Source: an uncultured Gammaproteobacteria bacterium (GTDB taxonomy: Bacteria; Patescibacteriota; Microgenomatia; Levybacterales; UBA12049). Taken from it: a DNA stretch of 64,000 bases. Shown here one piece after another: positions 36,680-46,132 of this stretch (position 1 is its first letter; each line of letters begins with the position of its first letter). The notes under the pieces were generated by a model, which had not been told where the DNA came from, did not search any database, and was given only the letters and a program-made list of their open reading frames with translations. The translations under genes and the position numbers were made by a program. Location: assembly GCA_964507055.1 (NCBI GenBank), contig CAZDOJ010000001.1, positions 913,313 to 977,312 of the forward strand. The letters are read 5' to 3'.

Positions 36680-39600
36680 TTATGGAGCAACTTCATTCGA
36701 AGTAATTGATTGAATACGAACAAGTTCTGGAAGATTAACAACAAAATCAAGCCGCTGAACAATTTGCAGTGAAGGGTTCTCGATATTATTACCACAAAGA
36801 TCTCTGTTGTTTTGTAACGCACCACCTGTTTGTGCGGCATTCACAATAAGTACTCCCGCAAGATTTAATCGAAGATCAGCACAACTATTGGTACTTTGCA
36901 TAATAAAGGACTTATCAGTACTGAAAATTCCTGCAAGGTTTGTAGTGGTTGCTGTCGGTGCAGAACCGACAGCTGGCGGAACAATAATATTTCCAGAAAC
37001 TGAGAAAACGACAGTTGAACCTACTGGTGTTAGAATATTTCCTTTAATAGTTAAGTTACCATCGATTATAAAGACATAATGTTGGTTGGCAGGAAATGTA
37101 AAACCATTTAAGAAAACATCACCGGTTGCTGTATAGGTCCCTTGAGGCAAGCTTGCAGGGAGCGTGCAGTTAGAAAGTGTACAAATGGTGGAAAGATTTG
37201 TGGGTGTCGTATCGGATGCTTTTACTTTAGAACTAAGATAGTTATACGATGAAAAAATACCTCCGCTATTTGAAGGAACATATACTTCAGGATAAGAATA
37301 GCCTCCAACTACTTGATTGGTACTTGAAGATTGGCCAGTACCAAATGATGCTTGAGAATCCCCTGAATAAATTATCCCAGGAGTACCACAAGTTACATCT
37401 GAGGTCATCATTGTCTTACCTGCAGGGACAGGATTGTCTATACCGTTATCCATACGCAATTCTCCGCATTGTACCTGCATCCATGGATTAAAGTTGGTAA
37501 GATAATAATTCAAATTTGAGATATCACCAGGAAGTGTTGTAACCGTACCATTTCTGCTTTCTTCATTTCCAAAGGTATTCATAGAGTTTGAATCTGAAGC
37601 ATACTCAGCTTCTATCCAATCTGCAGATCTGGCGATACTTGAAACTCTCACTTCATCAATTTTTCCATCCATACACCACGCATAATTACCTGAACTACAA
37701 GCACCATTTGGATCTGCTCGGCCAATCATATACGGTTCTGAACTTGTATAATTTCTCAGTGTGCCAGAATAAGTGGAGCTATCAAGCAAGACACCATTCA
37801 CATATAGCTTAATACTTTTCGCAACACTATCTATTGTCTGCACAACATACGCCCAGTTACCAGTAGGAAACACTGTCGGCTCTGATTTTGTCACAAAGGC
37901 AGAGCTCGTCGTATTACGACCTGTCGCAAGGTAATACTGCCCATTAACATAGCTTAGTCCACTAAAATTTCCTCGTCTTCCAATAATTGCATAGTCGCTA
38001 AGTCCGGTATTATCGGGAATCGTGTCAGGATTTACCCAAGCACTAAATGTATAACTAGCATTTGTTAGGCCAACAATACTCGCGGGTGAACTTGGGATCG
38101 AAATACCAGTATTTGCAACTTTTCCTCCTGCAAAATCGAGGGCATGTCCAATCTTACCCGTTGTAAAATCTGAAGGCTGAGACGCGGAGACAAGCTTCGT
38201 ACCATTATTTCTATTACTTGTAGAATCGGTAACTGTACTAATATTCCCATCATTTAAATGAGTTACAATTGCATAACTACTATTCCAAACATTGGCGGCA
38301 TTTTGCCCATCAGTTGCCGTCGAGTTGTTATAGTACATCCAAATAAAGTCAGCATTTGAATTTGCATCGATTTGTGGTACTTTCACCCAAAGATCCGAAG
38401 TCCCAGTCTCATCCCATCTTTCAATTTCATGGGACAAGACATTGACGCCATCAGCATCAACAAATCTCACATCTTGTCCCAAATTTTGGGTTTTCGCATA
38501 GTCAATATTTGTACTATTGAGGGAGACTCTCAGTGGGAAATTAACCAAACTTTCAGCGGAAGCTGTATTATTAATAGTAATTTTTCTCCTTGATAGCCAC
38601 TTTGGATCCCACCAATCGGTGGTCGGCTCTTCAGCTGAAATACCATCACTTGTATAGACTTCAATTCCAGAAAGGTTGAAATCTCCTCCAGATTGGAATA
38701 AGGAGAGACTGCCATCACTCACCGTAACATGGTAAGGGCCAAGCTTTTTCCAAGTACCAGCACTCCCGCTTTCGAGATTTGAAGCTTTTGCAATACCTTC
38801 AAAGCCAAGATTATATGTTGTGGATGTAGTATCCTCCCACGTATAGACATATACAGAATAGTCTCCATTTGCAATTGGGATATCAACTGTTAGCTGGACA
38901 TTATTACTCCTCCAAATTGAAGAACGAATCATTTGAGCTTTATTCGTACTAACCGAAGGATTGAGGGTAATACCTTGATTTTGGAAATTCGCCCCGTTAG
39001 TCGTGATGCCAGCTGTCGATTGAGCTTGAAAAGTGACACCATCAACATCAAGTTGTGGTCCATTAAAGTTAATTGCTTTTACCAGTGTTTGAACAGGTAA
39101 TGTCGAACTTGGAGTTCCTTCATAAAGCTGTACATCGTCAACCCAAACAGTTCCTGTTGCTGTCGCAACTTGGAAACCGACAAGTGCATTACTCTTTGTT
39201 TCGGTTGCTTGGAATGTATAGGTAAATTGCTGCCAGTTGGTATTCAGTGATGGAGTCTTTCTCGTATATAGAGTGTATGGCTCATCTGCATCCTGTACTA
39301 CAGCATCAATAGTGCGGTTATTTGACGCCTTAGCCCAAAAGCTGAGTGTATATGTTTTGCCTGAGGTGACAGGGATACCATACGTTGCTAACTCCAGATC
39401 GTGAGGATCTGTAGTGGTGGCTGTCACGGCCACTTGAGCAGAATAAGCACCATGCGTACTCGTAGAATTTGTCGCCGTAAATGTACCATTTGCTGATCCT
39501 CTTTTTTGCAAGAACCAATTTGCAGTTCCTTGTTCAAAACTCCAATTCTGTACAAAATTTTCTCTTGTTGAAGGTGTATTGGTCGGTTCAATTGCCGTTG

Positions 39601-40171
39601 CTCCTGCTGTGAAAACAGCATCGTCAACATAAAATGCATTACCTGCCACGGCTTGTTCCTGTACTACATAAAGTTCAACATTAGTCCTTCCCGAGGATTG
39701 GATCGACATAGTGGAGGTAACTAACTGCCACGAGGTTGTAATATAAACAGGTTGGCCATAAACAGTTCTACTTGCGGAAGACCCACCATTCTCGCGAATA
39801 GCAACATATACTGGCTTACCTGTATTAGAATCCCCACGCACATAGACAGCACCGCTGAATTGTTGACCTACTTGAGGATTTGCAATTGATCCAGCAAATT
39901 GCATCGTGTAGAGATTTCCTGTGGACTGAGTAGCCTTGCACGATCCTGCACCAGAACGAACAGGACTAGTAACACGAGAGATTGTAGCTTGATATCCTGT
40001 AATTCCTGACGTATTTGTGTCGCATGTAGGATTTTGCAATACATTAACGACTGCTGCCCGTGTCCCCGTAAAGAAATCCGAAAACGAAATAATCCCAAGG
40101 AATGTAATGAGAAATGCACTTAGGAAAAACAAAAATGTATGGTGTCTTTTATTAAAGTCTATTTTAAGCAT
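36680..40171 (-). CDS. giant surface protein (1163 aa): signal anchor, CBM4/9-like module, second beta-sandwich, malectin-like domain, DUF2341, LamG/ConA-like lectin domain, C-terminal beta-rich region
   Basis: The N-terminal CBM is paralogous to that of the 10987..12750 peptidase (SGAGSCKAT...AFYVDDAVF). The malectin-like module is paralogous to that of the 8839..10878 hydrolase (LVKAINFNGPQLDVDGVTFQAQ...GGDFNLSGIEVY). DUF2341-like block WDPKWLSRRKITIN...LWVKVPQIDANSNADFIWMYY. LamG block GKIDEVRVSSIARSADWIEAEY. Confidence 0.6.
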   Translation of the reverse strand: MLKIDFNKRHHTFLFFLSAFLITFLGIISFSDFFTGTRAAVVNVLQNPTCDTNTSGITGYQATISRVTSPVRSGAGSCKATQSTGNLYTMQFAGSIANPQVGQQFSGAVYVRGDSNTGKPVYVAIRENGGSSASRTVYGQPVYITTSWQLVTSTMSIQSSGRTNVELYVVQEQAVAGNAFYVDDAVFTAGATAIEPTNTPSTRENFVQNWSFEQGTANWFLQKRGSANGTFTATNSTSTHGAYSAQVAVTATTTDPHDLELATYGIPVTSGKTYTLSFWAKASNNRTIDAVVQDADEPYTLYTRKTPSLNTNWQQFTYTFQATETKSNALVGFQVATATGTVWVDDVQLYEGTPSSTLPVQTLVKAINFNGPQLDVDGVTFQAQSTAGITTNGANFQNQGITLNPSVSTNKAQMIRSSIWRSNNVQLTVDIPIANGDYSVYVYTWEDTTSTTYNLGFEGIAKASNLESGSAGTWKKLGPYHVTVSDGSLSLFQSGGDFNLSGIEVYTSDGISAEEPTTDWWDPKWLSRRKITINNTASAESLVNFPLRVSLNSTNIDYAKTQNLGQDVRFVDADGVNVLSHEIERWDETGTSDLWVKVPQIDANSNADFIWMYYNNSTATDGQNAANVWNSSYAIVTHLNDGNISTVTDSTSNRNNGTKLVSASQPSDFTTGKIGHALDFAGGKVANTGISIPSSPASIVGLTNASYTFSAWVNPDTIPDNTGLSDYAIIGRRGNFSGLSYVNGQYYLATGRNTTSSAFVTKSEPTVFPTGNWAYVVQTIDSVAKSIKLYVNGVLLDSSTYSGTLRNYTSSEPYMIGRADPNGACSSGNYAWCMDGKIDEVRVSSIARSADWIEAEYASDSNSMNTFGNEESRNGTVTTLPGDISNLNYYLTNFNPWMQVQCGELRMDNGIDNPVPAGKTMMTSDVTCGTPGIIYSGDSQASFGTGQSSSTNQVVGGYSYPEVYVPSNSGGIFSSYNYLSSKVKASDTTPTNLSTICTLSNCTLPASLPQGTYTATGDVFLNGFTFPANQHYVFIIDGNLTIKGNILTPVGSTVVFSVSGNIIVPPAVGSAPTATTTNLAGIFSTDKSFIMQSTNSCADLRLNLAGVLIVNAAQTGGALQNNRDLCGNNIENPSLQIVQRLDFVVNLPELVRIQSITSNEVAP

Positions 40172-40173
40172 AA

Positions 40174-43140
40174 TTATTCACATTTGGCCCCTGTTGCACT
40201 ATTGGTATTACATTCTGGTCCAAGCGTAACTTGAAATGATGGAGGGGGTCCATTCAATGGATATGTCATCCTATACCCTGATGTGAGCGGAGAGACAAGT
40301 GAAACTGTATATGTTCCAGGCGGCAAAGCTCCGCTAGAGTATGTTCCATTGGTCGTCTCGACTGTTTTTCTCGCGGGTCCTGAGAAGAAAATAAGCATAG
40401 GATCCGTAATGAGTGTGTCAGGTGAAGCCAATTTTAGATCTTTATCAAAGTCATTTACGATATTTCCAGAAATTGTAAATCCTGTTGCATTTCCAAAATC
40501 AATATTATCGTACGTGTTCCCAGATTCAACGCTTAAGTTATACGATTTGGTATCTGTTGTTTGATACCAGCCTGATTGAACAACTTCCGTAAATACAAAA
40601 TCTTTAGTACACAAACCTGTAAAAGAGAACTTACCTGCTGAATTTGTTTTTGCTGTAATTGGGATATCTAAGTCTTCTGCGGACGCCTGAACTGTCCAGT
40701 TATAAAGAGGGGAATCTCCCCCATCATAAACCTTATTTGTATTTTTGTCTTCAAATATAGTTCCATTAACCACACCTGTTCCAATATCTTCAGCAATACT
40801 TTGGTAAATAGATTCAAGCGTAGAAGTTGATGGAGAATTATAGAATCGTCCTCCATTTGTATCAGCAATCTGCTGCATAAAAATAGGATCGAAAGAACCT
40901 GAACCCTGTCCAATACCAATAACCTGATAGATGATGTTTTGTCCATTAACACCGTTAATTGTCGCAGCCATTGCTGCGTTCTCTGCGGCATCTATTGAGA
41001 CATTGCCACCATTTGATCCTATCATCTGATTTGTCGCACCATCGGTCATGACGATCACAACTTTCTGTGCATTTCTTGTTGAACGTGATAGTTCACCATT
41101 TGCGAGAGCAATACCACATTCTACACATGTTCCTCCACCGCTCGTTGGAATATTTGTAATTGCAGTTTTCATCGCTGAAATATTGGTTGTTAAAGGCTGG
41201 GACACTCTCGTGAAGCTATAATTTGGATAGCTCGTACTTCCTGCGAACTGGACGAGGGAATATTGAGCATTTTTAACATGAGCTGAAACAATATCGATAA
41301 AGCTACTCGCCGCACGTTTTGCAGCAAGAGACTTAGTGAGTCCAGTCGTTGGATCCACTTCGTCCATACTTCCAGAATCGTCAAAGACAAGAACAATATC
41401 AACACCATTTGCACTACATGATCCACCTACTTTTGTTGTCGTTCCTTCTACTATTCCAAAATTAATTGTACGATCTGTGGAAAGTGAGAAATTGAGTGAA
41501 TTTGCAGTAGTACTTCTATATCCTGTTGGTGTATCAACTCGAATTGTATAATCTCCACTTCCTTGATCCGCAAATAAATATGCCCCACTAGCATCAGTCG
41601 TTTTCGGAACTGGCGTACTTTTTGTCAAAGTTACTACCCCACCCTGATAAAGCGGTTCACTAGGGTCAAGCAATCCATTCTTATTTAAATCTATAAACAC
41701 TTTACCAGCAATGTTATAGAGCGTAACCATACCAAATTCAACAGTTTTTGACGTCGTTCCAGTTGATGTCCCAGCTGTAGTAGGATTGGTGAAAGTAACA
41801 GTTTGTGTATTAACTGTCGTACTCTTCTTTTTTGCAGGTAGTGTATAGGTAATTGTATATGTACCAGCGTAAAGATTGGGAAAAGAAAAACTACCAGAGT
41901 TATTCGTAACCGCTGAACCTGTCGCTGTCCCTGAGAGCAAAATATTTACACCTTCTTCAATTGAATCTCCTGACCCCTTTTTACCATCTTCATTTCTATC
42001 TTCGAATATCGATCCTGAAATTGTAAAAAGTGGTATGATTCCAAAATTAAGTGTCCTATTGGGCCCGACTGCAAAATTTTCTTCCGAGGGTGTTGAGGCC
42101 TGATAATTGGCTGGCAAAGGAAACTCCGCATTATATGTACCAGCGAAAAGCTGTGCTGTGTAAGTCCCATCAGAACCACTCCGTGCAGTTATTGTAGCAG
42201 GTCCAGTAAAGGTAATCGTACCACCTGTATAATTGCCATCAGCACTATCATCGGAACCATTTCTGTTGTTATCAAGGAATATTGTCCCAGAAACCGTATA
42301 GTATTGTGCTATACCGAAATTGACTGATTGATTTGCATTCAAAGTCACAGATTTAGGATTTGTACTTGTTGTTTTGTAGCCTCCTGGAACTGCTACTGTT
42401 ACTGTATATGTCCCAGCAAACAAAGAAGGAAATGTGAAGTCTCCGTTGGAATCAGTTGTGGTAGTCGTGGAAGTAGGACCCGAAACAGAAACCGTTATAC
42501 CATTATTTCCAGATTCATCAGTATCTTTTGTTGTATCAATATCGGTATCTGTAAATACATTTCCAGTAAGCGTATGGACAAAACCAATACCAAAGTTTAC
42601 AGTCTTGTTCGACGTTAAAGAAACCGATTGCGGGTTGGTCGAAGTGTTTTTATATCCGTTGGGTACAGTAATCGTCACTGTATAATCTCCTCTTGGTAAG
42701 GTCACTGAGTATCCTCCCGTCAAACTTGTGGTTGTCGTGGTAGAAGATGCACCAGTAATAGTAACTGTCACACTACTAACACCAACTTCAAGAGTATCTT
42801 TATTGCCATTGGCATTGGCATCAACATATACACTTCCCGAAAGAACAGCCGTTGGAATAGGTGTTGGAGTAGGTGTATTAGTCGGAGGAGCTGGTGTCGG
42901 TGTGTTGGAAGGCGTCGGTGTATTGGACGGAACTGCTTGTGCGATAAGATCACCTAATACTCCTTTTTCTGCATTCCTTTCTTTCCCCGGCTGCGGTGAA
43001 ACAAGTTGCTTTACTTGCTGCACCTTTTCAGGATAAAAAATACTTGCTGCACTTGTAATTATGCCTACAAAAACAATTGCTATAAAAATAGTGTTCGTAA
43101 TTTTTAATATATTTAATTGAGGCTTTTTAAACATGCACAA
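40174..43140 (-). CDS. giant surface adhesin-like protein (988 aa): signal anchor, PT linker, tandem SdrD-B/CnaB-like beta-sandwich repeats flanking a von Willebrand factor A domain
   Basis: vWA MIDAS motif VDIVLVFDDSGSMDE...VVIVMTDGATN. At least 8 repeats of the type GxVFxDxNxNGxxD...GV.V.L...TD..G.Y.F. PT-rich linker TPTPSNTPTPAPPTNTPTPTPIPT. Confidence 0.65.
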   Translation of the reverse strand: MCMFKKPQLNILKITNTIFIAIVFVGIITSAASIFYPEKVQQVKQLVSPQPGKERNAEKGVLGDLIAQAVPSNTPTPSNTPTPAPPTNTPTPTPIPTAVLSGSVYVDANANGNKDTLEVGVSSVTVTITGASSTTTTTSLTGGYSVTLPRGDYTVTITVPNGYKNTSTNPQSVSLTSNKTVNFGIGFVHTLTGNVFTDTDIDTTKDTDESGNNGITVSVSGPTSTTTTTDSNGDFTFPSLFAGTYTVTVAVPGGYKTTSTNPKSVTLNANQSVNFGIAQYYTVSGTIFLDNNRNGSDDSADGNYTGGTITFTGPATITARSGSDGTYTAQLFAGTYNAEFPLPANYQASTPSEENFAVGPNRTLNFGIIPLFTISGSIFEDRNEDGKKGSGDSIEEGVNILLSGTATGSAVTNNSGSFSFPNLYAGTYTITYTLPAKKKSTTVNTQTVTFTNPTTAGTSTGTTSKTVEFGMVTLYNIAGKVFIDLNKNGLLDPSEPLYQGGVVTLTKSTPVPKTTDASGAYLFADQGSGDYTIRVDTPTGYRSTTANSLNFSLSTDRTINFGIVEGTTTKVGGSCSANGVDIVLVFDDSGSMDEVDPTTGLTKSLAAKRAASSFIDIVSAHVKNAQYSLVQFAGSTSYPNYSFTRVSQPLTTNISAMKTAITNIPTSGGGTCVECGIALANGELSRSTRNAQKVVIVMTDGATNQMIGSNGGNVSIDAAENAAMAATINGVNGQNIIYQVIGIGQGSGSFDPIFMQQIADTNGGRFYNSPSTSTLESIYQSIAEDIGTGVVNGTIFEDKNTNKVYDGGDSPLYNWTVQASAEDLDIPITAKTNSAGKFSFTGLCTKDFVFTEVVQSGWYQTTDTKSYNLSVESGNTYDNIDFGNATGFTISGNIVNDFDKDLKLASPDTLITDPMLIFFSGPARKTVETTNGTYSSGALPPGTYTVSLVSPLTSGYRMTYPLNGPPPSFQVTLGPECNTNSATGAKCE

Positions 43141-43229
43141 GAAGAAGAGACTTCTCTCCCTATACTCATTATAGGTACTTACCCCGCCTCAAGCAACGAT
43201 GCATTTTTAGATAAAATTTAAAGAATTTC

Positions 43230-45638
43230 TTAGGAGATATCTGCGTGAAGTGCACCAGTTCCGTCGATTGTAAAGTTTACTTTCTTGCCTCGATCGATTT
43301 CTTTGGTCAATCGTTTCTGAGCAATCATATCTTCAACAGTATCCTGTAAATATCGACGTAACGGTCGAGCACCAAAATCTTTATCAAATCCTTCTTGCGT
43401 AATCTTTTCGATGACTGCATCATCAAAAGAAAGTGTAATATCTTGTTTTGCTAATGATTCTATCAGCTGATCGAGTAGCAGCTTTGTCACTGCGATCACT
43501 TGTTCCGGACCAAGTGGTTTAAATGTTACAACATCGTCAAAACGATTAAGTAATTCTGGTTTGAAAATGCCTTTTGTTTGTAGTTGTTCCAAAAGACGTT
43601 GCTCAAATTTCTTATCTATTGGTGTACCCTTTTCAACTTCTTCACGGATGAACTCAGATCCTGCATTTGATGTTGCGATGATAATAGCATTACGGAATGA
43701 AACAGTCGCTCCTTTATTATCTGTTAATCTTCCATCATCAAGCACTTGAAGGAAGAGATTGTGAATAGCAGGATTTGCTTTCTCAAATTCATCAAGAAGG
43801 ATAAGCGAGGCTGGATTATCATGGATTTTATCAGTCAATTGTCCACGATCTTCTCCTTCACCAGGAGCAGCTCCAAGAAGTCGTTTCAATCCATTTTCAT
43901 CTGTATATTCACTCATATCCAAACGAATCATTCGTTGTTCACCACCATAATAGAACTGTGCCAGTGCTTTCGCTGTTTCTGTTTTACCAACACCAGTTGG
44001 TCCCAAGAAAAGGAATGAGATTGGCCGTTCGCTTGTCGTCATCCCAGAGCGAATACGACGCATTGCTTCACTTATTGCAACAACTGCCGTATCTTGTGCG
44101 ATAACTCGTTCATGCAATTTATCTTCCAAATGCAATAATAAATTAATCTCCTGGCCTGTAGGAAGTGCTATGGCGACATGACTTGTTGCTTCTACTTTCT
44201 TTACAACATCTTGCTCACTGACCATTTTGCGATGCGTCTTTTCAAAGGCAGGTCGTTCTTTTTCCTGAGAGACAGCATTGGCTACAGTTTCGAGCAATGA
44301 TACGGCACTTCCCGGAAGTACTTGATCTTGGAAGAACCGTTCTGCTAGCTCAACGGCACTTACAAGTGCTCGATAACTTATAATTACTCTATATTTATCT
44401 TCAATTTTTGCAGCCTCGCCTAACGCCATTTGAATAGCATCCGCAGGCTCAACAGGTTTTAATTCAACAACGGTAAAGGCTTCTTTCAGAGGATTTTTTT
44501 CCATATATTTCTTGTACGTACCAGTTGTCATCGTCGCAACCATGGGAACATTACCGCTTTTTAGATATGGGAGAAGAGCTCCTGAAAGATCCAAACCATA
44601 AGAAGTCGCTCCAAGAATATTTTGGAAATCAGGAATATACATGAAGACATCATTGGCATGAGATATTTCAGCAATAATGTTTTGCAGTCGTGCTTCAAGA
44701 TCATTTCTATTTCCAGCACCCGCAGTCAAAGCACCTACTAATAATTGAAAGATTCGCTTGTGATTCAAATAACCACCCAAATTGCCACTAAAGCTGTGAT
44801 ATGCCAATGCTCTTACTAAATTCTCTTTTCCTGCACCGATATCTCCCACGATCAAAACATTATTATTTTCAATTTTGGTGAGACCTTCAAGCATTGTTTT
44901 AAATTCTGCTTCTCTGCCACCAATATGCGGTTCTGTCTGCAATGCATAATTTGTAAACAGAGCTGTATATTTCTTTGTCTCTGGTGTCCATCCGGAATTG
45001 AGTGCTTCACCGATACCACTTCCAGTAAATTTGATTCGTACAGGTTTGGGATTCTCTTCATCTGGCATATCAAGTCGAACCCAATACAGAATATTGTACA
45101 GATCAGTTATTTTAAGTTGCTTTGCAAAAAGAATCTTTGTGTCTTTTTCAATTAAGAATAAATATGCTACAAGCACATCAAGAGTTGTTACATATTTCGC
45201 TTTAAAAGTTTGTGCTGTTTGAAATGCACTTTGGGCAAGAAGTTTTTTATCAACATCATTTACCACTAATTCTTTACTTGTGATGTTGGCTTTTTGAAGG
45301 ACTAATTTTACTTGAGGGTAAGTGATTAAGCGTTTAATAAGCGTTGACGTATTTGGTTCTGTAATAAATCCATATAAAGCAGCGAGTGTAAACGATTCAT
45401 ACATATTTTCTTCTTTATTCTTTGACACTTCTATTGTTGGAACAGCACGACTCACTTTATAGTGAAAAAATACTTCAAACATTACAAACAAATTAAAAAG
45501 AAATACGCTAACCTTTGGAGGGATATCATATGCGATCTGATAAAGAATAAGCGAAAAAAGCATTGCAAAAATGACAAGCCTAATACTTCGTACAAGTGCG
45601 GTTCGATAAAAACGATATAGTCGGACAGATAATTCCAT
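43230..45638 (-). CDS. membrane-anchored Hsp100/Clp-family AAA+ ATPase with degenerate D1 and intact D2
   Basis: Two N-terminal TM helices (LVIFAMLFSLILYQIAY; VFLFNLFVMFEVFF). A Clp-N-like repeat. D1 Walker A degenerate (IVGDIGAGKEN) with no DE Walker B. D2 canonical ([34 protein letters not shown]). No ClpP-docking IGF loop. No M-domain. Confidence 0.7.
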   Translation of the reverse strand: MELSVRLYRFYRTALVRSIRLVIFAMLFSLILYQIAYDIPPKVSVFLFNLFVMFEVFFHYKVSRAVPTIEVSKNKEENMYESFTLAALYGFITEPNTSTLIKRLITYPQVKLVLQKANITSKELVVNDVDKKLLAQSAFQTAQTFKAKYVTTLDVLVAYLFLIEKDTKILFAKQLKITDLYNILYWVRLDMPDEENPKPVRIKFTGSGIGEALNSGWTPETKKYTALFTNYALQTEPHIGGREAEFKTMLEGLTKIENNNVLIVGDIGAGKENLVRALAYHSFSGNLGGYLNHKRIFQLLVGALTAGAGNRNDLEARLQNIIAEISHANDVFMYIPDFQNILGATSYGLDLSGALLPYLKSGNVPMVATMTTGTYKKYMEKNPLKEAFTVVELKPVEPADAIQMALGEAAKIEDKYRVIISYRALVSAVELAERFFQDQVLPGSAVSLLETVANAVSQEKERPAFEKTHRKMVSEQDVVKKVEATSHVAIALPTGQEINLLLHLEDKLHERVIAQDTAVVAISEAMRRIRSGMTTSERPISFLFLGPTGVGKTETAKALAQFYYGGEQRMIRLDMSEYTDENGLKRLLGAAPGEGEDRGQLTDKIHDNPASLILLDEFEKANPAIHNLFLQVLDDGRLTDNKGATVSFRNAIIIATSNAGSEFIREEVEKGTPIDKKFEQRLLEQLQTKGIFKPELLNRFDDVVTFKPLGPEQVIAVTKLLLDQLIESLAKQDITLSFDDAVIEKITQEGFDKDFGARPLRRYLQDTVEDMIAQKRLTKEIDRGKKVNFTIDGTGALHADIS

Positions 45639-45649
45639 AAATTAAATCA

Positions 45650-46027
45650 CTATAAAAACAATAACCAAATAGTTGCGAATGGCAAAAATATATACCCAAG
45701 AAATATTGTTACCTCAAGCAGCAAAAGGAGTGCGAGCATTAAGACATCAGCAAGGATAAGCCATGTTTTTACAAACATACCCATTGCTCTTGAAAAACCC
45801 ACAAGTCCTTGCCGATATTCATTTTTAATCGGTTGGAAATATGTTTTAAGGAACAACGGTAATGAGAATAAATGAAAGAATGAGCTGTTCAACGAAGCAA
45901 AGAACTGCAGTAATGATAAAGGACTTTCGTAGAACCAAAACTTCAAAAACATAAAAGGAATATTTAAATAACTTCTATGCCAGACAAAATGTGGTACATG
46001 AATTTGGACAGGTTTTACATTTTTCAT
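45650..46027 (-). CDS. small polytopic membrane protein (125 aa)
   Basis: Hydrophobic ORF lying 11 nt upstream of the membrane-anchored Hsp100. No family recognised. Confidence 0.4.
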   Translation of the reverse strand: MKNVKPVQIHVPHFVWHRSYLNIPFMFLKFWFYESPLSLLQFFASLNSSFFHLFSLPLFLKTYFQPIKNEYRQGLVGFSRAMGMFVKTWLILADVLMLALLLLLEVTIFLGYIFLPFATIWLLFL

Positions 46028-46132
46028 ATTTCCAACACAAACATGCCGAACGAGTTCGGACCATACTTTAAGTATATGCAGTAAGCAAGAGAATTACAAT
46101 GGAACGAAGGATGACATGAGAAAATAGAGGGG

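Noticed and set aside
36680-43140. LPXTG sortase-sorting signals at the C-termini of the giant surface proteins.
   Set aside because: The C-termini read ...SITSNEVAP and ...SATGAKCE. The only LPxxG-like strings (LPRGDYT) are internal. No sortase motif is present.
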